64,000 bases of DNA, from positions 519,473-583,472 of the forward strand of contig CAWJTV010000033.1 of assembly GCA_963845755.1 (NCBI GenBank), read 5' to 3'. The notes below the pieces were generated by a model that made no database searches, was not told where the DNA came from, and saw nothing but the letters and a program-made list of their open reading frames with translations. Within the stretch, counting starts at the first letter, position 1. Each line of letters begins with the position of its first letter. The position numbers were made by a program, and so were the translations under genes. The stretch comes from an uncultured Planctomycetota bacterium (GTDB lineage Bacteria; Planctomycetota; Planctomycetia; Isosphaerales; Isosphaeraceae). Positions 20,585-30,534 of this stretch are shown piece by piece.

Positions 20585-21958
20585 TCAGATTCCGTGCGCG
20601 GTTCGCCCGGCCCCGACAGGCTCCACAGCCTCCCGCGTCGCGGCCACATCGTCGTCTCCCGATTCGATCGCGAAGGGCTCCGGCTCAGCCAGAGTCGCTT
20701 CGGTGCGAGTCATCTCATCCAGGATCGTCCGCTGGCCACGGGGGTTGTGAAAGGTCCCATGCGTCTCGACCACCTGGGACCGATAGGGTTCGTGAACCTG
20801 CTTGAGCAACTCGTGAAGCGGGCGCAGGTGATAGTGGGGGACGGCCGGGAAGAGGTGATGCGGGATGTGCATATCCTGGCCATACACGAACACAGCCCAT
20901 CGGGTGAACGGGTCCGTGAAGAACACGCGGGAGTTCGTCAGCCTGCCGCTATCGGCGTTGGAATGTTGGTAGACATCCCTCAGGAACATGAAGAACATGA
21001 AGGACGTATTCAGCGGGATGAGCCACAAGAGGATGAAATAGACGGCCGAGACTCCGCCCGTCGCCCATCGCAAGTGCGCCAGGATTTCCATCAACACGGT
21101 GAAGTAACCGAGGCGAATCACCCCGCTGAACCGGCTCGAGTAGGCCTGGCGAAACGGCGAACGAAATACGGCCCAATCGGGGAGCAGACCGGTGATACCG
21201 GCCGCCAGACCCAGACCCAGCAACCCCGCCGGAATCATCCAGCCGGGCCTTTGGTAGGTCGTCAGGATCCAGGTCAGCAGATTCAGGCCGAGCAGATAGA
21301 TGATCCCCAGCGCCGTTCCCAGACGCAGCCAACTCCTCGTGTGCCCCCCTCGACGGAGGTCGGTCCCATCGACGTAGACGTTCTTCCCCTGGCCAAGCGT
21401 GTTGACCTGGAAGTAGCCCCATTGATAACTCAGCACGCGAAGCGGCGCCACGAACAAGGCGAAATAAACGACCCTGATGAACCGGCTCCGCGACATGGGG
21501 AACTCGCTGGACCGCTTGCCATGGCCGAGATTCTGCCAATCCGGATCGCGCTGCGGATCGTTGGTGAATTGATGATGAGCCAGGTGGAAAAGTCGATAGA
21601 AGTGCACCGTCGTCATCAGGGGAAACATGCAGAAAACATCGGGGATGAAGTCATTCAGGAAGCGATTCTTCATATAGCAATAATGCGACGCCTCATGCCC
21701 CAGCCCGGCCAACCGGTGCTGAATCGCCCCGACCAGCGTGATTGCGACGGCGAACACCGGAACACTCCAGAGCCACGAGTAGCCCGACGCCCGGCTGATC
21801 TCCGCAAACAGGATCGCCCCACCGATCACCAGGAACAGGCTGAAATATTCCATTGCCAGGTACAACAGATTCGTCACATTATCCACGCGGCGGAGCTGCA
21901 TGATCTCATGCTGCAAGACCGGATTCCCAAACGTCGGTCGCGCGCTCTGCGAGCTCAT
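20585..21958 (-). CDS. membrane fatty acid desaturase family protein
   Basis: Three His boxes HEASH, HLAHH and HIPHH (plus YQH), with several TM segments. Confidence 0.88.
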   Translation of the reverse strand: MSSQSARPTFGNPVLQHEIMQLRRVDNVTNLLYLAMEYFSLFLVIGGAILFAEISRASGYSWLWSVPVFAVAITLVGAIQHRLAGLGHEASHYCYMKNRFLNDFIPDVFCMFPLMTTVHFYRLFHLAHHQFTNDPQRDPDWQNLGHGKRSSEFPMSRSRFIRVVYFALFVAPLRVLSYQWGYFQVNTLGQGKNVYVDGTDLRRGGHTRSWLRLGTALGIIYLLGLNLLTWILTTYQRPGWMIPAGLLGLGLAAGITGLLPDWAVFRSPFRQAYSSRFSGVIRLGYFTVLMEILAHLRWATGGVSAVYFILLWLIPLNTSFMFFMFLRDVYQHSNADSGRLTNSRVFFTDPFTRWAVFVYGQDMHIPHHLFPAVPHYHLRPLHELLKQVHEPYRSQVVETHGTFHNPRGQRTILDEMTRTEATLAEPEPFAIESGDDDVAATREAVEPVGAGRTAHGI

Positions 21959-22474
21959 TCTGCTTTACCCTTTCGACCCAATCAACCTACTCGACGTCAT
22001 TGCCTCCACTTCGGCAGGGAGGCTCAAATCCTCTAAGGTTCCAAATTTCTTAAATCGCCGATTATCCCTCAATAACCCAATTTAACATATTCGGCAATGG
22101 AATGCGAGCGGTTGCCGGTTTATAGGGGTATCGTCAAACAGGCAAGGTACACATGAGTCTGAGGAGACTCGGCTGCGATTCGAAATCGGGAAAATGTGGT
22201 CCGAGCCATCGGCGCGAGGGGGAATTCAGAACGGTGTCGGTCATTGCGTCTCTGGATCACCCGGACGAAATCCGACGTTGTGGCCAGGCTTCACGACCTT
22301 GCCGAACGGCCGACCGAAGGGGCTCACCGGGGGGCGGCCCCAGCAGAGCCGGCTTGACCACATCCCGCCCCAGGATTCGCCACGCCAACCTTGAGGGTGT
22401 CTGGAATCGAGCGCGAAAGGGCGATGCCCCCAGCGATCCCGCGGAAATCGGGAAGTTGCCGCGCGACACGATCT

Positions 22475-23419
22475 TCAGAAGAGGAGGGGGATGAAGACCT
22501 TGAGGACCAGGTCGAAGCTGAAATGGGCGACCATGGCCGCGATCAACCCGTGTCGCCAGTAGAACCAACCGAAGATGATACCGGGTACACCATTGCCGAG
22601 GATGACAAAGAGCAGGACGGAGGGAGTGAGGCCGAGAAGAAGTTGCGCCTGGGGCAGGTGTATCGCGGCGAAAAGCAATGCGGCGAGAAGGTTTGCGATC
22701 CAGACGACCGGAACCGACGGCTCACGGAACTCGGCGAGGAACGGGCGCGCCAACACGGTGCCCATCCAGGCGAAGAAGGTCATCCACCCCAGCCGGAACC
22801 AGATCTCTTCGCGAATCCCCGCGCTGAGGGAAGCCAGCAAGCCCTCCCAGGCGGGTGGCATGACGATTTCGTTCGCCTTATCGGGTGAATTGTCAAAGTT
22901 GCCCCCGGCGAAGATGGCGACGACCACGCCGAGGGCCATGCCGGAGACCAGCGCCGGAACGAGCGACCGTCGCACGCGCAGCACAGCCTCGGGGTCTCCG
23001 GCCAGCCAGGCACTCAGAGGTGGCACTCCCCAGGAGAACCGCCGGCCCAACCGCAGGACGATGGCGATGGCCACCAACGAAATCGCGACCTCAACGATCG
23101 CCGAGACCGCCAGGAGCCACGGCAGCAACTCCGCCGGGAAGGGTTGGTCCTCGGCCTGCTTGAGCAAGCTGATCGTATAAGGGATCATGCCTATCGTGGC
23201 TGCGATACAGGCCAAAGACAGCCAGAGGAAAAGCTTCAGATCGAATCGGGAAGTGCGACACTCGCGGAGATTCCGCTCCTCCGACTGCGGAGAGCTGAAT
23301 GGACCAGCGATGTCAAGGATCTTCTCTGGAGGTTCCTCCCGGAAAGGCTGGGGTTCGACGGCCCCGAGGCCATCCGGAATCGGTGGCATGCCATCCGGAG
23401 GCAGTTGAGATTCAGTCAT
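22475..23419 (-). CDS. CPBP (CAAX/Abi-like) intramembrane metalloprotease
   Basis: REEIWFR, FAAIH and AMVAHFSFD motifs; multiple TM helices; start uncertain. Confidence 0.88.
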   Translation of the reverse strand: MTESQLPPDGMPPIPDGLGAVEPQPFREEPPEKILDIAGPFSSPQSEERNLRECRTSRFDLKLFLWLSLACIAATIGMIPYTISLLKQAEDQPFPAELLPWLLAVSAIVEVAISLVAIAIVLRLGRRFSWGVPPLSAWLAGDPEAVLRVRRSLVPALVSGMALGVVVAIFAGGNFDNSPDKANEIVMPPAWEGLLASLSAGIREEIWFRLGWMTFFAWMGTVLARPFLAEFREPSVPVVWIANLLAALLFAAIHLPQAQLLLGLTPSVLLFVILGNGVPGIIFGWFYWRHGLIAAMVAHFSFDLVLKVFIPLLF

Positions 23420-23696
23420 CGCCAGGCTCCGCCGAGACCGTGTGTTGCCGCCCATCCATGTTACGGCAGCCGACGGCAACAAGGAAGCGGATGACATTCG
23501 CGGTTCGACGGCCGAAGACACTCGTCGTCATCGGTGCCCACAAGGTCGGAGCGAGACGAGCGGGCTCTTGCCGCACGGGGCGGTCCTCCTCTAAGTTAAG
23601 ATGAAACGACCCTGCTCAGGCGACCCCGGATCGGGAATGACATGAGAGAGCGCCTCGAGGCAGGGATCGATCGAGCCTAGAGGAAGGGGAACGTGC

Positions 23697-25091
23697 GTGA
23701 GCGGATCGGGGACGATGATCGCGAGCATTTCGGGACTGCGGGGCGTCGTCGGCGACGGCCTGGACCCGGCGACAGTCGTAGCGTTCGCGGCGGCATATGC
23801 GAGTCAGTGCGAGCCCGGCCCGATCGTGGTGGGCCATGACGGTCGCGTATCATCGACAGTCTTCGGGGCAGCGGTCGAGGCAGGCGTGACCGCAACCGGC
23901 CACGATGTCTTCCTCGCCGGACCGGCGGCCACGCCGACCCTTGGCTGGCTCGTCCGCGATAGCCGAGCGGCGGGGGGAATTCAGATCTCGGCGTCCCACA
24001 ACCCACCGCGGTACAATGGGCTCAAGTTCTTCCAGCCAGGAGGCATGGTGCTGGGCGCGGAACAGGGCCGCGCCCTGCTCGACCGCTGGCAACGACGCGA
24101 ATTCGCATGGGCAGCCTGGGATGCCCTGGGCCGGTCACGCCGACTCGAGGATCCCGACGCAGGCCATCGCGGTCGCGTCCTCGAAACCGTGGATGTCGCG
24201 GCGATCCGGCACCGTGGTTTCAAGGTGGTCCTCGATGCCTGTCACGGAGCGGGCGGGCGGCCGGGGCGTTCCCTCCTGGAAGCCCTGGGAGCACAGATCC
24301 TGGTCCTGGGCGGAGAGCCCGACGGGCGGTATGACCACGCGCCTGAGCCCACGGAGGCGAACCTCCAGGAGTTCGCCGCCATCGTATCCGCAGTGGGCGC
24401 GGCGGTCGGATTCGCCCAGGATCCCGACGCCGACCGCCTGGCGATCGTCGATGAGACGGGCCGCTATATCGGCGAGGAGCTCACGCTGGCCCTGGCAGCC
24501 CGGCGCCGGTTGGAACAGGCGCAGGGTCCCGTCGTCATGAACCTGTCCACCTCGCGTGTGACGGAGGACCTGGCTCGGCGCCGGGATTGTCCTGTGTTCC
24601 GCACTCCGGTCGGTGAGATCAATGTCGTGGAGCGAATGATCGCCGAGGGGGCCCTGTTCGGCGGCGAGGGGAACGGGGGCGTGATCGATCCGAGGATCGG
24701 CTACGTGCGCGACAGCTTCGCCGCCATCGCCCAGATCCTCGATCTGATGGCCGCGTCGGGCGAGCCGATTTCTCGATTGGTTGCGGACCTCCCACGGTAT
24801 ACGATGGTTAAGGAGCAGTATCCAATCCGCTTGGCTGGAGGCATGTTGCCCGGGCAGACTGCCGGATCGGCCGATGTCTCGGCCCTGTGGGATCGGATCG
24901 CGGCCGGGTTCCCGGACGCGCGGGTGGATCGTCGCGACGGACTTCGGCTTGAGTGGGAAGATCGGTGGGTCCACATCCGGGCCAGCAATACCGAGCCGAT
25001 CGTTCGCGTCATCGCCGAATCGGTGGAGCCGGCCGAGGCCCGGGACCTGACCCGCCGCGTCGGCCGCTGGGTCAGTGCAGGCGGAGAGTAA
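23697..25091 (+). CDS. phosphohexomutase (phosphoglucosamine/phosphomannomutase family)
   Basis: ISASHNP phosphoserine loop, DPDADR metal loop, GEGNGG, RASNTEP. Confidence 0.92.
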   Translation: MSGSGTMIASISGLRGVVGDGLDPATVVAFAAAYASQCEPGPIVVGHDGRVSSTVFGAAVEAGVTATGHDVFLAGPAATPTLGWLVRDSRAAGGIQISASHNPPRYNGLKFFQPGGMVLGAEQGRALLDRWQRREFAWAAWDALGRSRRLEDPDAGHRGRVLETVDVAAIRHRGFKVVLDACHGAGGRPGRSLLEALGAQILVLGGEPDGRYDHAPEPTEANLQEFAAIVSAVGAAVGFAQDPDADRLAIVDETGRYIGEELTLALAARRRLEQAQGPVVMNLSTSRVTEDLARRRDCPVFRTPVGEINVVERMIAEGALFGGEGNGGVIDPRIGYVRDSFAAIAQILDLMAASGEPISRLVADLPRYTMVKEQYPIRLAGGMLPGQTAGSADVSALWDRIAAGFPDARVDRRDGLRLEWEDRWVHIRASNTEPIVRVIAESVEPAEARDLTRRVGRWVSAGGE

Positions 25092-25096
25092 GTGAC

Positions 25097-25848
25097 ATGA
25101 CCTCATCGGAATGGCCCCGGTTCTCCAAGCCGCCTTCCGTCGCCTTCGTCAACGTGGACGGGACTCTCCTGGCCCAGACCACCACGTTTCTCTTCGCGCG
25201 GATTCTTTATCGGAAAGGGTGGATCCGCCGTTCGTTCTTCCTGCGCGCACTGCATCATGGTTTGCAGCATCGCTTCGGAAGGCTCGACTACGGGCGGTTG
25301 ATCGAGATTGGATTGTCCTACATCTCCCGCATCCCGGTGGTCGAGCTCGAGCGGATCGCCTACGAGAATTTCGTGGAATTCGTCCGGCCGCGACTCTACG
25401 AAGGGGTCGCCGACCATCTCGCCGCGTTGCGAAAGGCCGGGACACCAATCGTTCTGGTCTCGTCGTCGCCGCGCCTGGTGATCGAACCGCTCGGCATTTA
25501 CCTCGGTTGCAGCGACCTGTTGACGACCCCGGTGGTCATCGAACGCGGGCGGCTCGTCGGGATCGGAACCGGCCCCCCTTGCTACGGCGAGGGAAAGCTG
25601 TATTATGCCGAACACTGGGCGGCATGAGCATCAAATCGACATCGATGAGGCCGTGGCCTACGCGGATAACTGGAGCGATCGAGCTCTCCTGGAGCCGCGT
25701 GGGCCGGGCCGTTGTCGTCCACCCCCGCAGCCGGCTGCTCCGCCTGGCCCGCGCCCGAGGTTGGGACATCGTGCGGCCCCGCCGGCCCAGCCGCTCCCAA
25801 TTGCGGCATGGTCTGGCATTGAGTCGCAATCGCGAAGGCCGGACCTGA
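25097..25848 (+). CDS. HAD-IB (SerB-like) hydrolase homolog (frameshifts near 25620 and 25695)
   Basis: FVNVDGTL motif I variant, LVSSS motif II, YGEGK, AYADNWSD motif IV, AVVVHP. Confidence 0.8.
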
Positions 25849-26285
25849 GCAGCGTCTCCTCGAAATCCCTGCAGAGGCGCTGCCAAATTCGGGCGAATGA
25901 TCGCCGCATTCGGGCGCCTCCCCATCCATCCAATCGGATGACTTCCCGACGCAGGCAATTCGACAATCTTTACAATCATCTTGATTTCTTGTATCCGACG
26001 GGACGGTGCAGGGTACCTTCTCTCGGGGAGTCTACGCGAAAGTAACGGCCGCTCGGTGGTCAGGACGGCGCCATTCACCGTTCCCCGGGAACAGCCGGTG
26101 GACCTCACTTTCCATTGCCAGGACGGACCAGCTTTCGCCTGAACTCACCCAGTTCCAGAGTCGGCCCACCCCGTCGCTGCGGGTGTCGGAGGTTGTTCAC
26201 CTTAGAGATGATCATCGCCGAGTCAGGCGGTGCGAAGGGATGGGCCTTGTTCGACCCGTTTTCTGCCAGAAGAGGAACGGCACCC

Positions 26286-26714
26286 ATGAGAAAAAAATCC
26301 ATCTTTCGTCTCAGCGGATGGGATTGTCTGGAAATGCGGATTACCCCGAGCGCCGTCGGAATTGCGACGGCCGCTCACATCGTGCGGATCGATGCCAGTG
26401 TGCATCACTCCAGGGGCCACTCCGGCCACATCGCTGCGCACAAGACTCAGCACGTGCAGCCATTGAGCATTGGGACCATCTACGGCTACAACAGCAGGAT
26501 CACCATCACTGGGATCACGTCTACCGGGATCGGTTCCACCACGAGCAACGACGGGACGGGCAGTGGAACCATTGGTGCCGTTACCGGCGGGTTCCACCCC
26601 ACCGGGTCCCATCGTGGAACCTTCGGTGGCGGTTCCACTGGCGGCGGATCTACCGGTGGAGGATCTGTCGGTGGTGGGTCCGGTGGCGGTGGCGGTGGGA
26701 ACGGGGGCTACTGA
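26286..26714 (+). CDS. small Gly/Ser/Thr-rich secreted protein with planctomycete-type export motif (paralog 1)
   Basis: MRKKSIFRLSGWDCLEMRITPS N-terminus, His-rich middle, Gly-rich tail; GAGGA RBS. Confidence 0.65.
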   Translation: MRKKSIFRLSGWDCLEMRITPSAVGIATAAHIVRIDASVHHSRGHSGHIAAHKTQHVQPLSIGTIYGYNSRITITGITSTGIGSTTSNDGTGSGTIGAVTGGFHPTGSHRGTFGGGSTGGGSTGGGSVGGGSGGGGGGNGGY

Positions 26715-26834
26715 CACAGCCCGACCGAGGTACCCGAGACGACATGTTCCACTGGCACAGCGCGGCGGCGTGCTGCGAAGGCCGATGACGCCGTCAAGCC
26801 TCTCGAACCGGTCGACTTTCAAGTCAGCACGAGG

Positions 26835-26875
26835 AAGGGGACTGGCTCCGATTCTTCGAGGTGCCAGGCCCCTTT
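26835..26875. repeat. GGGGACTGGCTCC...GGTGCCAGGCCCC palindromic element
   Basis: Imperfect inverted repeat between the two tandem paralogs. Confidence 0.5.
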
Positions 26876-26989
26876 CTGGTGAAAGCTTCCTTGGAACGGT
26901 ATGTTGCCTTTGTCGGGTGGATGAAACCCACTCGGATCGGGCCAATTCTTGGCTCGATTGATCTTCTGCAGGAAGAGGAACGGCACCCC

Positions 26990-27400
26990 ATGAGAAAACG
27001 TCATGGCTTTCGCCCCGGCGTATGGGATCGACTGGAAGTCCGGATCACTCCGAGCGCCGTCGGCCTCGCGTCGCCCGCCGAGATCATCCGGATTGACGCC
27101 CATGTGCACGAGACCAAGCGCCATCCCCAACACAAGGGTCGTCACCGGAATCACCCGGCCGGCGGGATCACCGTTGGCAGTTCTACCTCCAGCGAGATCA
27201 GTGTCACTGTGTCTACCAGTACCGGGGGGAGCGGTATCCCCGCGAGCGATCATGGGACGGGCGGCGGGGGGACCTCCGGTGGATTCACGGGCGGGCCGCA
27301 CCCGGTCCTGTCCTTGGGCGGCATCGGCGTGTCCCTAAGCGGCACCGTCGTGTCCCTGGGCGGCGTGTCCATGGCCGGAAGGTCCGGCGGTATTTCGTAG
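26990..27400 (+). CDS. small Gly/Ser/Thr-rich secreted protein with planctomycete-type export motif (paralog 2)
   Basis: MRKRHGFRPGVWDRLEVRITPSAVGLA..IIRIDA. Shares the upstream GAAGAGGAACGGCACCC(C)ATGAGAAAA with paralog 1. Confidence 0.65.
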   Translation: MRKRHGFRPGVWDRLEVRITPSAVGLASPAEIIRIDAHVHETKRHPQHKGRHRNHPAGGITVGSSTSSEISVTVSTSTGGSGIPASDHGTGGGGTSGGFTGGPHPVLSLGGIGVSLSGTVVSLGGVSMAGRSGGIS

Positions 27401-27783
27401 GGGATCCGGCCCCATTGATTGAGCCCCTTGGAACGATTGGTTCTGGTTCCCGTGCTCCCACGAAGGGACGTTGACAGGAGCGTTGCGCGACCGGCGGGTC
27501 ATGCGGCGGACGACACAACGCGCGGACCCGGAATGTCCGAACGCTGATCCCCATGCCCCCGCATGGGAGTCGGTTGGATACTTTAAGTCCTTGTTTCACA
27601 ATGGGAAACATCTCGTTGCCGCATCGGACCGGTCTCCCGGAGCCGGCCGCAAGAAAGTGCATGCCGACAAACCATTCGCCTTTTCGCGGCGGCGTCGATA
27701 TAATCAGAATTCAGAGTTTAGCGAGACTTGATGTGGTCGCGGTCCGTTGAGAGAGAGGAGACGGATTGGTAGCGACTGTGTGC

Positions 27784-28488
27784 ATGAAGCGAGATTCCGT
27801 AGACATGAAGAACAACAATTCCCCCCCGGAAACGGAAGGCACAAACCTGAGCGTGCCCAGCGGTTGTGAGGCTCCGGCAATCCGTACGCGGAAGGTGGGT
27901 CCGACCGCCGTCGCACTCGTGATCGGGTTGGCCGCATTGACGGCCCAGGCGTCGGAGACGGACCTGGTCCGTGATATCCAACGTTACTGCACGGTCTGCT
28001 GGAGAAACGCACGACTGGACCCCAGGCTCTGGGATGATTGCACGCAAGAGGTCTGCTGCCGCCTTCTGACCAAGGCGCGCGATGGGCAGCTCGATCTGAC
28101 CCTCGTCCTGGCGGAAGATACGCCGGAACGGCGCGAACTGGTCCGTGCCATCGACATGGTTCGGAAGCGCGTGCAGCGTGCGAAGCGATACCAGTCGTTG
28201 GACGGCTACAGCACGCCGGCTTCCGACCTGGATCAGCGCGAGCGTGACCGTATGGAGTTGGGCGAGATCCTCGAATCGGCCCGCCGGGCCGTCCTGAGCC
28301 CGCGTCAGAATCGCATCATCGAGCTCTGGATGCGCGGATCCTCGGTCCCGGAAATCGGCACGGAGCTCAATCTTCCGCTCACCCGCGTCAGTGACGAGAA
28401 GTACAAGGCGTTGCGGAAGTTGGAACAGCACCTCTGCAGCCGTCGCGATGTCCTGGAATTCGGGCTCCCCTCCGCGGCGGTCGGCTGA
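27784..28488 (+). CDS. ECF-like sigma-70 factor with N-terminal hydrophobic/signal-like segment (start could be 27766, 27784 or 27805)
   Basis: Region-2-like WDDCTQEVCCRLL and region-4 HTH LSPRQNRIIELWMRGSSVPEIGTELNLPLTRVSDEKYKALRKL. Confidence 0.75.
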   Translation: MKRDSVDMKNNNSPPETEGTNLSVPSGCEAPAIRTRKVGPTAVALVIGLAALTAQASETDLVRDIQRYCTVCWRNARLDPRLWDDCTQEVCCRLLTKARDGQLDLTLVLAEDTPERRELVRAIDMVRKRVQRAKRYQSLDGYSTPASDLDQRERDRMELGEILESARRAVLSPRQNRIIELWMRGSSVPEIGTELNLPLTRVSDEKYKALRKLEQHLCSRRDVLEFGLPSAAVG

Positions 28489-28540
28489 CGCGTCCCTCGT
28501 GCTCGTACGGATCGGGCGGATCCGGGTATCGCGCTCGGCA

Positions 28541-29005
28541 TCATCGACAGCCCTCGAGGGCCTTCAGGACGGCGATGCTGTGCCCGTCCACCTTGACGCG
28601 CGGGAACACGGCGCGAACGATCCCGCTCGCATCCAGGACGAACGTGGTTCGCTCGACACCCATCGACTTGCGGCCGTACAGGTTCTTCTCCTTCCACACT
28701 CCGTATTCCTCGCAGACACGATGGTCCACATCCGCCAGGAGCGTGAACGGGAGATTGAACTTCTGCACGAACCGGGTATGCGATCCCGAAGCATCCGGGC
28801 TGACGCCGAGGATCCGCGCACCCCGCGCCTGGTAGTCGGCGAAGTCATCACGGAAGGCACAGGCTTCCTTGGTACAACCCGGCGTATCATCCTTGGGATA
28901 GAAATACAGGACGACCGGCGATCCCCTCGAGCCGGAGAGCGTCACCGCGCTTCCTGACTGATCGGGAAGGGAAAAGTCGGGTGCCGTCTGGCCCACTTCC
29001 AGCAT
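28541..29005 (-). CDS. bcp: thioredoxin-dependent peroxiredoxin Bcp
   Basis: VLYFYPKDDTPGCTKEAC and ERTTFV. Confidence 0.95.
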   Translation of the reverse strand: MLEVGQTAPDFSLPDQSGSAVTLSGSRGSPVVLYFYPKDDTPGCTKEACAFRDDFADYQARGARILGVSPDASGSHTRFVQKFNLPFTLLADVDHRVCEEYGVWKEKNLYGRKSMGVERTTFVLDASGIVRAVFPRVKVDGHSIAVLKALEGCR

Positions 29006-29057
29006 GGTGAGGCTCCTCACGAAGATTCCATCGTTCCGCGAGAATGAGGATTTTACC

Positions 29058-29480
29058 ATGGGACGCGCCGAAACGTTCGAGCATACGGCCGACCTGGGGC
29101 TGAGAATCGTCGGGCGCGACCTGTCGGATCTCTTCGAGACGGCCGCGGCCGGGCTCCTCGACGTGATCGTGGCCAATCGGTCCGATGTCCGAGGCGAGGG
29201 CCCCGAGGCGGTGGTGCTCGCCGCCGATTCGACCGAAGACCTGATGCTCGCCTGGCTGAACGAGCTGATCTTTCGCTGCGAGACCCGTCATCGACTCTAC
29301 AGCCGATTCGTCGTCACGCTCGATGAGGACGGTCGGAGCCTCCACGCCACGATCGCGGGCGAGCCGATCGACCGGGCTCGGCATGTCCTGGACCACGAGG
29401 TCAAGGCCGCCACTCACCACGGGCTGACGGTTCGGCCGGAGGACGGAGGTTGGCTGGCGGAGGTGATCCTCGACATCTAA
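29058..29480 (+). CDS. archease
   Basis: EHTADLG, WLNELIF, EVKAATHH and C-terminal ILDI. Confidence 0.92.
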   Translation: MGRAETFEHTADLGLRIVGRDLSDLFETAAAGLLDVIVANRSDVRGEGPEAVVLAADSTEDLMLAWLNELIFRCETRHRLYSRFVVTLDEDGRSLHATIAGEPIDRARHVLDHEVKAATHHGLTVRPEDGGWLAEVILDI

Positions 29481-29495
29481 GGGTCGGGACGCGTT

Positions 29496-30476
29496 TTATT
29501 CGATCGGTTCGACGGCGAGGTCATGCCGGCCGAGGAACGCCTCGGCCTCCGCGCGTGAAAAGACGCCTTCGGTTGTACCCACGGCGCGGACGCAGCTTGC
29601 ACCCACGGCACTGGCGAGCTTCAGGCACTCGATCTCGGATCGGTGCTCCAGGAGGCCCAGGATATAGCCGGCATTGAAGGCATCGCCTCCCCCGGAGCCA
29701 TCAACGTAAGGGACCGGATAGACACCCAAGCGGAGCCGCGACTCCTCGGAGACCGAGATCACCCCGCGCTCCCCCATGGTGATCACCACCCGCCGAGCAC
29801 CGATATCGCGAAAGACCTGGGCCTGGCGGACCGGATCGGTCTCGCCGAGGATCAGCTCGGCCTCGTCGGTGTTGGGGACGAAGATATCGGTCTCCGGGAG
29901 CACGACCTCGAGTCGATCGAGGTATTGCCCCGGCCCCGGGGTCGCCACATCGAGCAGAGTGAGCGTTCCCGCGGCTCGGGCCCGTCGAAACCGCTCGGCC
30001 AGCTCGTGGGCGTCGAGGTTGGGGAGAATCAAGAAATACCCGATATGCAGGACGCGCGGCGCAGACTCCAGCACTGCGTCAAGATCGGCGGCGACGAACC
30101 CCGTGTTGGCTCCCACCGTGTGGATGAACCGCCGATCCTCCCCCCGGACGTTGACGATCAGGGTCTGACTGGTTGGCAAGGTCGGATCGGTCTTCAGCGC
30201 CGCGCAGTCGATCCCTCGGCCCAGGAGGGTCTCGGTGGCGAAGCGGCCGAAGGCATCATCCCCAACGCGTGCGCAGATCGCCGTGGCAACACCCAGCCGT
30301 GCCAGGTCCATGGCCGTATTGGCAGCCCCGCCGCCGATGTTCAAGACCAGGTTGTCCACCACGATCAACTCGCCGGCTCGGGGCAAATGATCGAGCGGCG
30401 GCGAGACATGGTCGGCCACCACCAGCCCGGCACAGACGACCGGAACTGGCGATGGCGACGGGGTTGACGGTGACAC
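29496..30476 (-). CDS. PfkB family carbohydrate kinase
   Basis: GGGAANTA, VGDDAFG, PNTDEA, DGSGGGDAFNAG. Confidence 0.92.
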   Translation of the reverse strand: MSPSTPSPSPVPVVCAGLVVADHVSPPLDHLPRAGELIVVDNLVLNIGGGAANTAMDLARLGVATAICARVGDDAFGRFATETLLGRGIDCAALKTDPTLPTSQTLIVNVRGEDRRFIHTVGANTGFVAADLDAVLESAPRVLHIGYFLILPNLDAHELAERFRRARAAGTLTLLDVATPGPGQYLDRLEVVLPETDIFVPNTDEAELILGETDPVRQAQVFRDIGARRVVITMGERGVISVSEESRLRLGVYPVPYVDGSGGGDAFNAGYILGLLEHRSEIECLKLASAVGASCVRAVGTTEGVFSRAEAEAFLGRHDLAVEPIE

Positions 30477-30534
30477 GGCCCACAGTCCCCTTCGGTTTTC
30501 CAGGATGCGTCGTCATCAACGGATCACTGAACAC

